DNA from: Acholeplasmataceae bacterium
GTDB taxonomy: Bacteria; Bacillota_I; Bacilli_A; Acholeplasmatales; Acholeplasmataceae
Direction: 5' to 3'
NCBI GenBank assembly: GCA_963675245.1
Contig: OY775910.1
Location: 736,001-800,000, forward strand
Length of the DNA stretch: 64,000 bases
Position numbers and translations under genes: made by a program. This document shows positions 45,701-53,253 of this stretch, piece after piece; position 1 is the stretch's first letter; every line of letters begins with the position of its first letter. The notes below the pieces were generated by a model. It saw only the letters and a list, made by a program, of their open reading frames with translations. It had not been told where the DNA came from and made no database searches.

Positions 45701-47095
45701 AATGAACTACTAATGGATCCTTCGACTGGTATTCTTACTGGCACACTGCCTGTAGCCAATCCTAGCCAGTGGTGGAATACGCCACCAACTTCTTATACAT
45801 TTACAGTAACGGTAACAGTCCCCGAAGGTACAACAATCAATACGTCCATATCAAAGGAATTTACGATTCATCAAGCGAGTATGCAAGAAATATATCTTCT
45901 TGATACAGCTACAGTAGGTGAAACTTATTATTCAGATGCTATTAGAGTTTCATCAAGTATTCCCGTTGATGCTACTGATATTATGTTCGAAATAGATCCC
46001 GGATTAGCGCTTTATAATTTGGTTGTCAGAGAACCATCTCAACCATTACCAGATGGTTTGGTTATGAATCCGGATGGTACGATTACCGGCATACCAACAA
46101 CACCAAGTGAACCGGTCGATATTACGGTTCAAGTGACTGCACCTGGATTTGTTACCACATATATTACAAGAACCATATCTGTGCGACCTGCAGATCCAAA
46201 AATCGTAATGAATAATGTGATATTACCTAAAGCTGAAGTCAATCAAACATATCAAGCAATTTTTGTAGCAACCGGTAGCGATGAGATTACTTTCACATCA
46301 GATGAAATACCTATAGGTTTAGCTCTAAATCCAAACGGCACACTTTCTGGCACCCCTGAAGAAGTAGGAACACACATGTTTCATGTAACAGCATCTGCAA
46401 TCGATATGGTTCCAGTTTCCGCTGTTGTCGTTCTTGTTGTCTACGACACCATCGAAATTTCTAGTTTAACATTCCAAGATAAGTTACTAGAATCTGGACA
46501 AGTTGGTATATCATATAACGCTTTATTATCTGCTAGTGGTGCTGACGATATTGTCTTTACATCACATGATTTGCCACCTGGAATCACATTAAATGATAAC
46601 GGAACTCTAACAGGAATTCCAACAGAGGCTGGTGTGTATTTATTTCACGTAACAGCAACCGCGTCAGGTATGCCATCGAGTGAGGCTATCATGTGCCTTA
46701 GCATTACTGAAACAGAGATCATTTTACCTGTAATTACATTAAACCACATTGAATTAGACGCTGGTGAAGTTGGGTCAGCATATAGTGCAACAATTACAGC
46801 AAGTGGTGCAACAAATATCATATTCTCTACAGAAGATCAGTTACCAACAGGGTTGACTTTATCAACAGATGGCATACTTTCAGGTACACCAACCGATGCA
46901 GGCACATATATATTTAAAGTGACAGCATCAGCTGATGGAACAACAGAAGCTACTGCATTTATTGCCATTCAAATCAATCCAATCGTAGCATCATCAACGG
47001 GTTGTGGGTCAACAATAAATATGTCGGCTGCAATCGTGTCTTTTATGTTAATTATGATAGCTTGTGCCTACTTAGTAAGTAGGAAAACATACTAA
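42710..47095 (+). CDS. Cassette 11: secreted, membrane-anchored GH3 beta-glucosidase-like protein with He_PIG-type Ig repeats
   Basis: Signal peptide, EEGIVLLKN, NPSGHLVDT, YPFGYGLSY, GKDVVQLY, GRNFEYYSED, MTDW nucleophile, repeated LP.GL.L..GT.SGTP, C-terminal TM; GGAG RBS before ATG 42710. Confidence 0.9.
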   Translation: MKGSKLFNRGFSLKLLMFLTMCCLMLLVSPIIIVATKSTLVTSFTSNYNDQNEVYQAANAFNEALVEEGIVLLKNENQALPLAAGSKVNVLGKNSHDIDLGNTTIGSINYDEAFISPMTLYESLEAVGYILNPDLISFYENDNLSGTGRHVSNLGIWPVPISIGETPQENYSQSLLSTYADYSDASIVVFTRIGGIGFDLPTTMTDALGDPDVGSEEGDHYLELNLNEEALLLSLESDPSVSKVIVIINASQPMELGFLNDSETYSKIKAALWVGGPGVSGVSAIGRVLVGDINPSGHLVDTYITDFKTDPTWFNLVNRENKNRYGMMIDDMFTETNVSFVDYEEGIYGGYRYWETAGFDANDNWSWYDNHVVYPFGYGLSYSTFNWELVGSPIFPETLTVDSSISITIRVTNTSSVPGKDVVQLYYTPPYYDGGIEKSYIRLADFEKTPLLNPSESADITLTVSLKDLASYDYQDANNDGFIGYELEAGSYIFNVLQNANIRSTNGVSDMTLVVPVAPGNGATSGQTGLHFAYDEVTGHEIENLFNDVSQKALNGQLDNLNTQAVKDSGGVMHVMSRATAKGGLSGTIPIEYPSDADRTITQTFIDNGNIPVDTTSRNVADITQPWYQTTYPIQAESETGTVSVLLKDLIGLDYNDPLWETFMNQMTYQEMATLIGDGTFHTIPISRLGKPWSIELSGTTGLIPRQETTTLESMNEAIACVYATQPVVAATWNKSLVYDFGEMVGEESIWGNTEFAYSGIYAPGLNIHRSPFSGRNFEYYSEDAVLSAKIAKAFSSGAYSKGLSTIMNHLVLNEQETNREGLTSWVDEQTLREIYLYPFEKVIKNGQTHGAMVSYSKIGNTWTSTSYALLTELLKDEWGYEGMIMTDWVTYSSKMEWMIRAGVDLLLTGNEPAVLNYEGEDLTATQAWALRNASKDVLFYVANSNAMIPRLYYEGESSEVEDFTRGVAYTLDVSGVQTNYELDTPLSVTYTAEGLPNELLMDPSTGILTGTLPVANPSQWWNTPPTSYTFTVTVTVPEGTTINTSISKEFTIHQASMQEIYLLDTATVGETYYSDAIRVSSSIPVDATDIMFEIDPGLALYNLVVREPSQPLPDGLVMNPDGTITGIPTTPSEPVDITVQVTAPGFVTTYITRTISVRPADPKIVMNNVILPKAEVNQTYQAIFVATGSDEITFTSDEIPIGLALNPNGTLSGTPEEVGTHMFHVTASAIDMVPVSAVVVLVVYDTIEISSLTFQDKLLESGQVGISYNALLSASGADDIVFTSHDLPPGITLNDNGTLTGIPTEAGVYLFHVTATASGMPSSEAIMCLSITETEIILPVITLNHIELDAGEVGSAYSATITASGATNIIFSTEDQLPTGLTLSTDGILSGTPTDAGTYIFKVTASADGTTEATAFIAIQINPIVASSTGCGSTINMSAAIVSFMLIMIACAYLVSRKTY

Positions 47096-47192
47096 AATCA
47101 TAAAAAAGAAGACTACATGGAAGTTGATTTGTCATAAAAGATAGTGCTATCAATTTTCTTATAGATAGTTTAATCTTTACCAGATACATCTA

Positions 47193-47285
47193 GGTAGAGA
47201 AAAAAATCCTTGTGTCGGCTGTTCAATTTCGCCTAGAGCCACCACGGAAATCTTGAATAAGCCATTTGAAATGGCTTTTTCTTTT
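47193..47285 (+). repeat. R10: degenerate repeat lacking the GACTG core
   Basis: AAAATCCTTGTGTCGGCTGTTCAATTTCGCCTAGAGCCACCACGGAAATCTTGAATAAGCCATTTGAAATGGCTTTTT. Confidence 0.9.
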
Positions 47286-47325
47286 GTGTGTTATACTCAA
47301 ACTATAACCAATAAAGGGTGATTAT

Positions 47326-47877
47326 ATGTCTTTATATAATAAACATTATCAAAAACAAAATTATTTTGGTGAACCATATCCTGAGTTACTCGAATATTTT
47401 AATAAACTTGATAGAGAATTAACTGTGTTGGATTTAGGATGTGGTCAAGGTCGAGATGTTTTAGGTATTGGAAAAATGGGGTTTAGTGTTGTCGGTATTG
47501 ATCTATCAGAAGTAGGGATTAATCAACTTAATCAGTATGCTAAAAATGAAAATCTAAATGTCAAAGGAATTGTTTGTGATTTGGACAGATTTGATCAAGT
47601 GAGTGAGTTTGATATTGTGTTATTAGATTCCATGTTTCACTTTTATAAAAATGACATTGATATTGAAACGGCAAGATTGCATCGAATATTGAATAGCATA
47701 AAACCAAATGGTATTGTTATAATTGTTTTACAAGAAAATAAGTTTAGAATTAATTACTTAAAAAGTATCATATTAAGTGATTTATATCATTTTGTTATTG
47801 ATGTAGAAGAGCATCTGATTTACAAAGAAGTAAATAGTAAGTTTTATATGATTTCTGTTCAAAAAATCAACTATTAG
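47326..47877 (+). CDS. Cassette 12: class I SAM-dependent methyltransferase (TehB-like)
   Basis: VLDLGCGQGRD, VVGIDLS, FDIV, KPNG. Confidence 0.9.
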   Translation: MSLYNKHYQKQNYFGEPYPELLEYFNKLDRELTVLDLGCGQGRDVLGIGKMGFSVVGIDLSEVGINQLNQYAKNENLNVKGIVCDLDRFDQVSEFDIVLLDSMFHFYKNDIDIETARLHRILNSIKPNGIVIIVLQENKFRINYLKSIILSDLYHFVIDVEEHLIYKEVNSKFYMISVQKINY

Positions 47878-47953
47878 TATAAAATTACTAAATTTTCATG
47901 TGTTCGAAATTCAAGAATATAAAGCTTCAGTGTAGAAGCTTTAAAAAAGCCAT
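47877..47953 (+). repeat. R11: highly decayed repeat
   Basis: 47877-47914 aligns ungapped 26/38 with GTATGAAACGACTG...GTTCAA; CTTTAAAAAAGCCAT follows. Confidence 0.55.
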
Positions 47954-47991
47954 GCTATAATAAATTTACTTAGTTATTATAAGGAGAATAT

Positions 47992-48285
47992 ATGAAAAAA
48001 GCTGTCTTGATATTAACGATTATCGATTGGCTGATCTTAGGGTTTTTACTTTATTTTGCTGGTTCAATCATTGTAACTGTTGCTAATAACAATGATGGTT
48101 GGGCAACACTTGCTTTAGCCGTTGTATCCTTATATTCATTTTTTGGTATGATTATCTTATGTATCCCAATGGTTATACTTGTGAAGAAATTGACTTTAAA
48201 AGAAACGAAAATATATTTCTATTCAACACTAGGTAATGTATTATTAACGGTAATCATGTTCTCGATCGCTTTGCTATTTTCATAA
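47992..48285 (+). CDS. Small three-TM membrane protein
   Basis: AAGGAG RBS, TGCTATAAT upstream, hydrophobic. Confidence 0.75.
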   Translation: MKKAVLILTIIDWLILGFLLYFAGSIIVTVANNNDGWATLALAVVSLYSFFGMIILCIPMVILVKKLTLKETKIYFYSTLGNVLLTVIMFSIALLFS

Positions 48286-48314
48286 ACACGATATTTAAAA
48301 TGATTCATACATCA

Positions 48315-48341
48315 CTTAAAAAAGCCACTCATGTGGCTTTT
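48315..48341 (+). terminator. Array-type terminator remnant (R12)
   Basis: CTTAAAAAAGCCACTCATGTGGCTTTT resembles CTTAAATAAGCCATT...GTGGCTTTT. Confidence 0.65.
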
Positions 48342-48474
48342 AGTCTGTAATTTTTGAATAAAACTATAAATTAAAGTGGTGTTATAATCTATTCTTTTTT
48401 AAAATGAAAATGTAAAGATGTCGTAGTATAATGAGAGTATCTAGTGGTCGCGATGATAAAAGGAGAATATAATT

Positions 48475-48915
48475 ATGAGTCAAGGTATAAAACATTTTCG
48501 AAAATTTGATTTTTCAGGGATTAAATTTATTTGTTTTCTAGCAATTGAATTAATCATTATTGTGGGTGGCACGATTTATTTGACAATTATTTCTGAAAAT
48601 ATGACACTTGCCTTAATTGTACTTGTGTTTTCTTTTCTGATTGCAATTGTTATAACAATGTTGGGGTTGTTTTTAACCACGATAACAAGGATTAATCTGT
48701 CATATATAGTGATTCATATTGCTCTAGCATACCCGGTCATCCGTGCATGGCTGGATATGATACAAGAAGAAGACTGGTTGCAAGTACTTGTTGATTTTTT
48801 GGTGCTATCACCCATGTTAGGTGGCTTGCTGCTGAGTTTACCATTGATACTAGTTTTTAGAAAAAAAACTGCAGCAAAACAAACAGTTAGTAAAATTGAA
48901 GAAATAGACAATTAA
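48475..48915 (+). CDS. Four-TM membrane protein
   Basis: AAGGAG RBS, hydrophobic helices. Confidence 0.75.
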   Translation: MSQGIKHFRKFDFSGIKFICFLAIELIIIVGGTIYLTIISENMTLALIVLVFSFLIAIVITMLGLFLTTITRINLSYIVIHIALAYPVIRAWLDMIQEEDWLQVLVDFLVLSPMLGGLLLSLPLILVFRKKTAAKQTVSKIEEIDN

Positions 48916-48937
48916 GCCACGCTTTGTGGCTTTTTTT
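48913..48937 (+). terminator. Array-type terminator remnant (R13)
   Basis: TAAGCCAC-GCTTT-GTGGCTTTTTTT. Confidence 0.65.
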
Positions 48938-49039
48938 GAATCATAAGATGTGATTTTTGCAATTAATCTTTTAAATATGGCATTTATTAGACATTTTTGA
49001 TATCCTTAATTTAGACACAAACGTCCATGGAGGGGTCAT

Positions 49040-49390
49040 ATGTTTCAAGTTATTGTGGATGTATTATCAAGCGATTTAATATATAACATTTTAGAGGCGT
49101 TGTTGATATTTAATGTCATTTTAGTTTATGTTACGTACATCGATATGCAAATCAATGACCGTATTTTTATTATTAAACTCATCTTTAAAAAACGACAATT
49201 TGATTGGAAAAAAATGAATCAAAAATTTAATATATTACTCATTCTAATGATTGTAACAACCTTTTTTATACCGTTTTTATTGATGATATTTTATGATATA
49301 AGAGCGCTAATGTCTGTCGTTGTAATCGGGTATTTCGCGAGTATAATCTTATATAGTCTATATATTGTAAAATCATCAACTGTATTATAA
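49040..49390 (+). CDS. Hypothetical membrane protein
   Basis: GGAGG RBS, three hydrophobic segments. Confidence 0.7.
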   Translation: MFQVIVDVLSSDLIYNILEALLIFNVILVYVTYIDMQINDRIFIIKLIFKKRQFDWKKMNQKFNILLILMIVTTFFIPFLLMIFYDIRALMSVVVIGYFASIILYSLYIVKSSTVL

Positions 49391-49405
49391 GAAGAGGAGA
49401 TTATT

Positions 49406-49789
49406 ATGCCACATCTAATATATATTATGGGTGCCTATTTGTTTTATATAATATCGATTATGGTTCATGTGTTAGTCATTAATAAAAAAATTGATTACAC
49501 ACAAATCAATGGTGGAAGAAGCGAATCTTTTGAAGCACAATATAAAATATCGATTGTTAGCATCGTTATTTTAGTAATCGGTTTTGTTATCATTATCGTA
49601 TATAATGTTTACCCACCAATCACGAAGACATACTTTAGTGTCATTTTAATGGGGTTGATGTCGTTATATTGGTTATTAGGTTTTGTGATGCAATTATTAG
49701 GTACTTCATTTGAAAGAACATATTTAACACCGGTTCTATTGCTAGGATTTGTGTCGCATGTGATGTTATTGATTGAGTACTTTATGTAA
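49406..49789 (+). CDS. Hypothetical four-TM membrane protein
   Basis: GAGGAG RBS; INGGR and QLLGT.FER motifs. Confidence 0.75.
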   Translation: MPHLIYIMGAYLFYIISIMVHVLVINKKIDYTQINGGRSESFEAQYKISIVSIVILVIGFVIIIVYNVYPPITKTYFSVILMGLMSLYWLLGFVMQLLGTSFERTYLTPVLLLGFVSHVMLLIEYFM

Positions 49790-49792
49790 GGA

Positions 49793-50581
49793 GTGATTGA
49801 CATGGATGTTAAGTATTGTTTGATTACTGGTGCAGCAGGAGGATTCGGAAAAGCATATACACATACGCTAATTGAACGGGGATACACGCTCATCTTAACG
49901 GATTTCAATGCTGATCATTTGAATGCCTTAAAAGAGGAATGTCAAAGGCGTTATGGAAAAGAGGTTACAACCTTTATTTCAGATATTAGACAAGATGGTG
50001 GTATGCAAAACATATGGCATTATTTAATGCTAAATGATATTAAACTATCGCTTGTCGTGAATACCGTAGGTTTGGAAATTGAAGGGTTATTCAGCGATTT
50101 AAAACCTGAACATATGTCAAACATCGTTAAGACGAATGTTGTTGGTTTTACGAATGTCATTGCATATAGTTTATTATATAAAGCTGAAAAGATGGAGATC
50201 ATTAATTTTGGCTCAATGGCGGGATTTTATGCAATGCCATTTAAAGCCGTATATGCAGCATCAAAGGCCTATATCATTAGTCTGTCAAGAGCACTTCATT
50301 TGGAATTAAAAACAGATGGTGTATCGATATTAGTTGTATGTCCTGCAGGTGTACCAACTAGACAAGAAGTCATTGATCGTATTAAACGACAAGGTGTTTA
50401 TGGTAAGTTGACAACATCTAAGGTGGATGAAGTAGTTAACAAATCCATTATGTTGGTTCGAAAGGGAAAAGCGGTATATGTTCCAAAATGTTTCAATCGG
50501 TTCTTAGTATTTATCACAAAATTATTACCTAGTCTATTGGCAAGTAAGTTAATTGCTAAAAGATGGACGCCAAAAGATTAA
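49793..50581 (+). CDS. Short-chain dehydrogenase/reductase (DltE-like)
   Basis: ITGAAGGFG, S...YAASK catalytic motif; start may be ATG 49802. Confidence 0.9.
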   Translation: MIDMDVKYCLITGAAGGFGKAYTHTLIERGYTLILTDFNADHLNALKEECQRRYGKEVTTFISDIRQDGGMQNIWHYLMLNDIKLSLVVNTVGLEIEGLFSDLKPEHMSNIVKTNVVGFTNVIAYSLLYKAEKMEIINFGSMAGFYAMPFKAVYAASKAYIISLSRALHLELKTDGVSILVVCPAGVPTRQEVIDRIKRQGVYGKLTTSKVDEVVNKSIMLVRKGKAVYVPKCFNRFLVFITKLLPSLLASKLIAKRWTPKD

Positions 50582-50593
50582 AAAACGGGGGTT

Positions 50594-51514
50594 ATGATGG
50601 TTAAATATAAAAAAATAATCAGTGTCATATTAATGGGGTTGTTGTGTCTTGTTTTGATGCCCGTAAGTTATGGTGATATGGGACCAAAGCCAACAACGGA
50701 TGTTGAAATTATTGGTTTGGATGAACCATACTATTTTGATTTACTCGCTTATTACGATGAGGAAGACGTTATTGTACTTGATGATAATCAAATCATTGAA
50801 AGAATTGATTATGATTACTATCTAGATGATTTTCCTAGTGTTTTGAATGGTTACCGAGATGAAGATGGGTTTGGATCATATACACTTTATAGCTTTGCAC
50901 CACATACTATTAGGCAAAATGACAATGTTTATCATTGTGGTTATTATATGCCACCTGATGTTTTTAAAATTGTGTTAGTCTTAGAGTCAGGTGATATGAT
51001 TGTCTCAGACATAATAGAAAAAGAATTGTTTGCTGCATATATTACGTTTGATCTAAGTGATTTTTCGATCACTCAATCAGATAGTGAAGCGTACAACGAT
51101 ATTATGATTTATTATCCAGGTGATCTCGCAGAAGAAAGCATACCAGTTGGGGCAGTCATTATTCAAGTGGTTGTCACAGTGGTTTTAACGATTTTGGTTG
51201 AAGGGCTTATTTTATTTGCGTTTGGTTATCGATCTAAAAAGTCGTTCTTGCTCATTTTATATGTCAATCTTGCGACACAAGTATTATTGTATCTAGCCAT
51301 TGATATAAGCTATTTATATGCGAACTTCTTTGGATTCTTTGGCGCATTATTCTTAGGTGAAGCAGTCGTATTTATTGCAGAAGCGATTCTTTATGGTACA
51401 CTTCTAAAGGAACATTCAAAAACAAAGGCTGTGATATACGCAATTGTTGCTAATCTTGTCAGTTTAGTAGGTGGTATATTGAGTGCGATGTTCCTTCTAT
51501 CCTTGATGATATAA
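50594..51514 (+). CDS. Membrane protein with signal peptide and DMGPKP N-terminus
   Basis: Signal peptide, acidic extracellular domain, four C-terminal TM helices. Confidence 0.8.
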   Translation: MMVKYKKIISVILMGLLCLVLMPVSYGDMGPKPTTDVEIIGLDEPYYFDLLAYYDEEDVIVLDDNQIIERIDYDYYLDDFPSVLNGYRDEDGFGSYTLYSFAPHTIRQNDNVYHCGYYMPPDVFKIVLVLESGDMIVSDIIEKELFAAYITFDLSDFSITQSDSEAYNDIMIYYPGDLAEESIPVGAVIIQVVVTVVLTILVEGLILFAFGYRSKKSFLLILYVNLATQVLLYLAIDISYLYANFFGFFGALFLGEAVVFIAEAILYGTLLKEHSKTKAVIYAIVANLVSLVGGILSAMFLLSLMI

Positions 51515-51579
51515 TCAAATCATTATCAAATATTTAAACATTTTGTTAAAATTGATAAATAAATAGTTAGGAGTAGCAT

Positions 51580-51762
51580 ATGTTTGAGTATAAAGTGATT
51601 AAAGACATCTATAATTATTCAGAACAACCTCATGATTATGAACGCTTTGAGGAAAAATTGAATGAATTGGCTAAAGAGGGATGGCGTGTTGTATCAGCCC
51701 AAGCAGTGAGTGATAGTTTTACGCACTTAACATGTTTTGCAGTTTTAGAAAGAAACGCATAA
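51580..51762 (+). CDS. DUF4177-like small protein
   Basis: MFEYKV...EEKLNELAKEGWRVV...LER. Confidence 0.8.
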   Translation: MFEYKVIKDIYNYSEQPHDYERFEEKLNELAKEGWRVVSAQAVSDSFTHLTCFAVLERNA

Positions 51763-51831
51763 GAACACGCTAATTGGCGTGTTTTTTCTTGCATTTAAAA
51801 AGAAGTATGTTATCATAATATTAACCAATTG

Positions 51832-51846
51832 TTTTGAACATCAAAA
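51832..51846. promoter_or_regulatory. Palindromic operator, FabT-like
   Basis: TTTTGA-ACA-TCAAAA between the TTGCAT/TGTTATCAT promoter and the degV RBS. Confidence 0.6.
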
Positions 51847-51866
51847 TAAAATAAGGGAGAATATTT

Positions 51867-52718
51867 ATGAGTAAGATTGGAATTATCGTTTGTGGGAATT
51901 CGGGTGTCGATTACATGAAGCTTGATTACCCAGTCAGATTGATTCGTTCGACATTAAATTTGGATGGAAAAGAATATGAAGATTATGTCGATATTCAAGC
52001 AAAAGAGTTTTATGAAATTTTAGAAAACAATCCTGATGTTGATCTTTCAACATCACAAACATCAACCGGAAAAATAGCACACGTTTATGAAGAAATGAAA
52101 GCTGAAGGATATACTGATATTTTAGTCATCGTTATTTCAGCTAAACTAAGTGGTACATATCAAGGTGCATTATTGGCGAAAGATATGGTTGATGGTGTAA
52201 ACATCTTTGTCCTGGATTCAAGAAGTGTATCATATGGAGAGGCGTATTTAGTAGAAGAATCCATTCGTATGATTGGCGAGGGCATGTCCGTGATTGATAT
52301 ATATGATGAACTTGAGCACATTCGTGATCACATTTATCTATATGTATTAGTCGATACACTTAAATTCTTGGTTAAGAATGGCCGCTTATCTGCGACTTCT
52401 GGCTTTTTAGGAACACTGTTAAAGATTAAACCACTCTTACAAGTTCAAAAAGATGGTAGTTTGGTACCTTATGAAAAGATTAGAACGACAAGAAAAGCTA
52501 GATCTCGATTATTAGAAATTATTGAACATGACATTACAGGAAAAAATGTTATAATATTTATAGCATATACGAACAATAAAGACGATGCTGAAGCCCTAAA
52601 ACAGGATATTCAAGATAAGAGACCAGATGTTTCAATTCGCATTGTACCACTTACGCCTGTTGTTGGTGCACACGCTGGTCCAGGTACCCTTGGTGTCGGT
52701 TATATTGTTTTGCAATAA
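51867..52718 (+). CDS. DegV/FakB fatty acid-binding protein
   Basis: STSQ, ISAKLSGTYQ, LDS, NGRLS, LLKIKP, VVGAHAGPG. Confidence 0.93.
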   Translation: MSKIGIIVCGNSGVDYMKLDYPVRLIRSTLNLDGKEYEDYVDIQAKEFYEILENNPDVDLSTSQTSTGKIAHVYEEMKAEGYTDILVIVISAKLSGTYQGALLAKDMVDGVNIFVLDSRSVSYGEAYLVEESIRMIGEGMSVIDIYDELEHIRDHIYLYVLVDTLKFLVKNGRLSATSGFLGTLLKIKPLLQVQKDGSLVPYEKIRTTRKARSRLLEIIEHDITGKNVIIFIAYTNNKDDAEALKQDIQDKRPDVSIRIVPLTPVVGAHAGPGTLGVGYIVLQ

Positions 52719-52733
52719 CTGGGAGGTTGTTTG

Positions 52734-53171
52734 ATGGTAGACCCTAAACAAGTCATTAATGAGTTACTTGTTGATGTTTTTAATCACATTCTAAGCATAG
52801 AATCAGAAACACTTAAAAAAAGAGGGATTAGACTTTCAATGACAGAAGTTCATGTCTTAGAAGCTATCCGCAGTACTGACGTACCCATTATGGGTCATAT
52901 CGCTCAGAAATTAAGAGTGACTTTAGGTACGCTCACAACATCAATCAATGTGCTTGTAAGAAAAGGCTTTGTCTATCGATACAGAGATGATAACGATCGC
53001 AGAAAGGTCTATATTAAACTAAACCAAACAGCATACGATGTCTTAAAAATTCACGATGATTTCCATGATGAAATGATAGAATCGCTGTTCAAAGACCTTG
53101 AACTTGAAAAAGATGAAGTCTTGATGAAATCACTGGAAAACATTAGTAATTATTTCAAAAAGAGATATTAA
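52734..53171 (+). CDS. MarR-family regulator, FabT-like
   Basis: INELLV.VFN.IL.IE, VTLGTLTTSIN.L.RKG, DRR.V, H..FH..M. Confidence 0.85.
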   Translation: MVDPKQVINELLVDVFNHILSIESETLKKRGIRLSMTEVHVLEAIRSTDVPIMGHIAQKLRVTLGTLTTSINVLVRKGFVYRYRDDNDRRKVYIKLNQTAYDVLKIHDDFHDEMIESLFKDLELEKDEVLMKSLENISNYFKKRY

Positions 53172-53253
53172 AAATAAGGCGTTTAAACGCCTTTTTCTTT
53201 TCCGTGACTCATGATATAATAGTTTCGGTTATATGTTTGTATGGAGGATTATT

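Larger units (their letters stand above)
36687..48937 (+). mobile_element. tRNA-Phe-anchored tandem gene-cassette array (integron-like, no integrase in window)
   Basis: Ten clear and up to four decayed direct repeats of the tRNA-Phe 3' half and/or terminator, each separating co-oriented unrelated ORFs; right boundary approximate. Confidence 0.75.

Noticed and set aside
36687..47285. CRISPR array interpretation of the repeats
   Set aside because: Repeats are about 95 bp and tRNA-derived, intervals are whole genes of 0.3-4.8 kb, and no cas genes are in the window.
36687..47285. Classical integron with attC sites
   Set aside because: No intI, no RYYYAAC...GTTRRRY palindromes of attC size recurring after the genes, and units have their own promoters and terminators.
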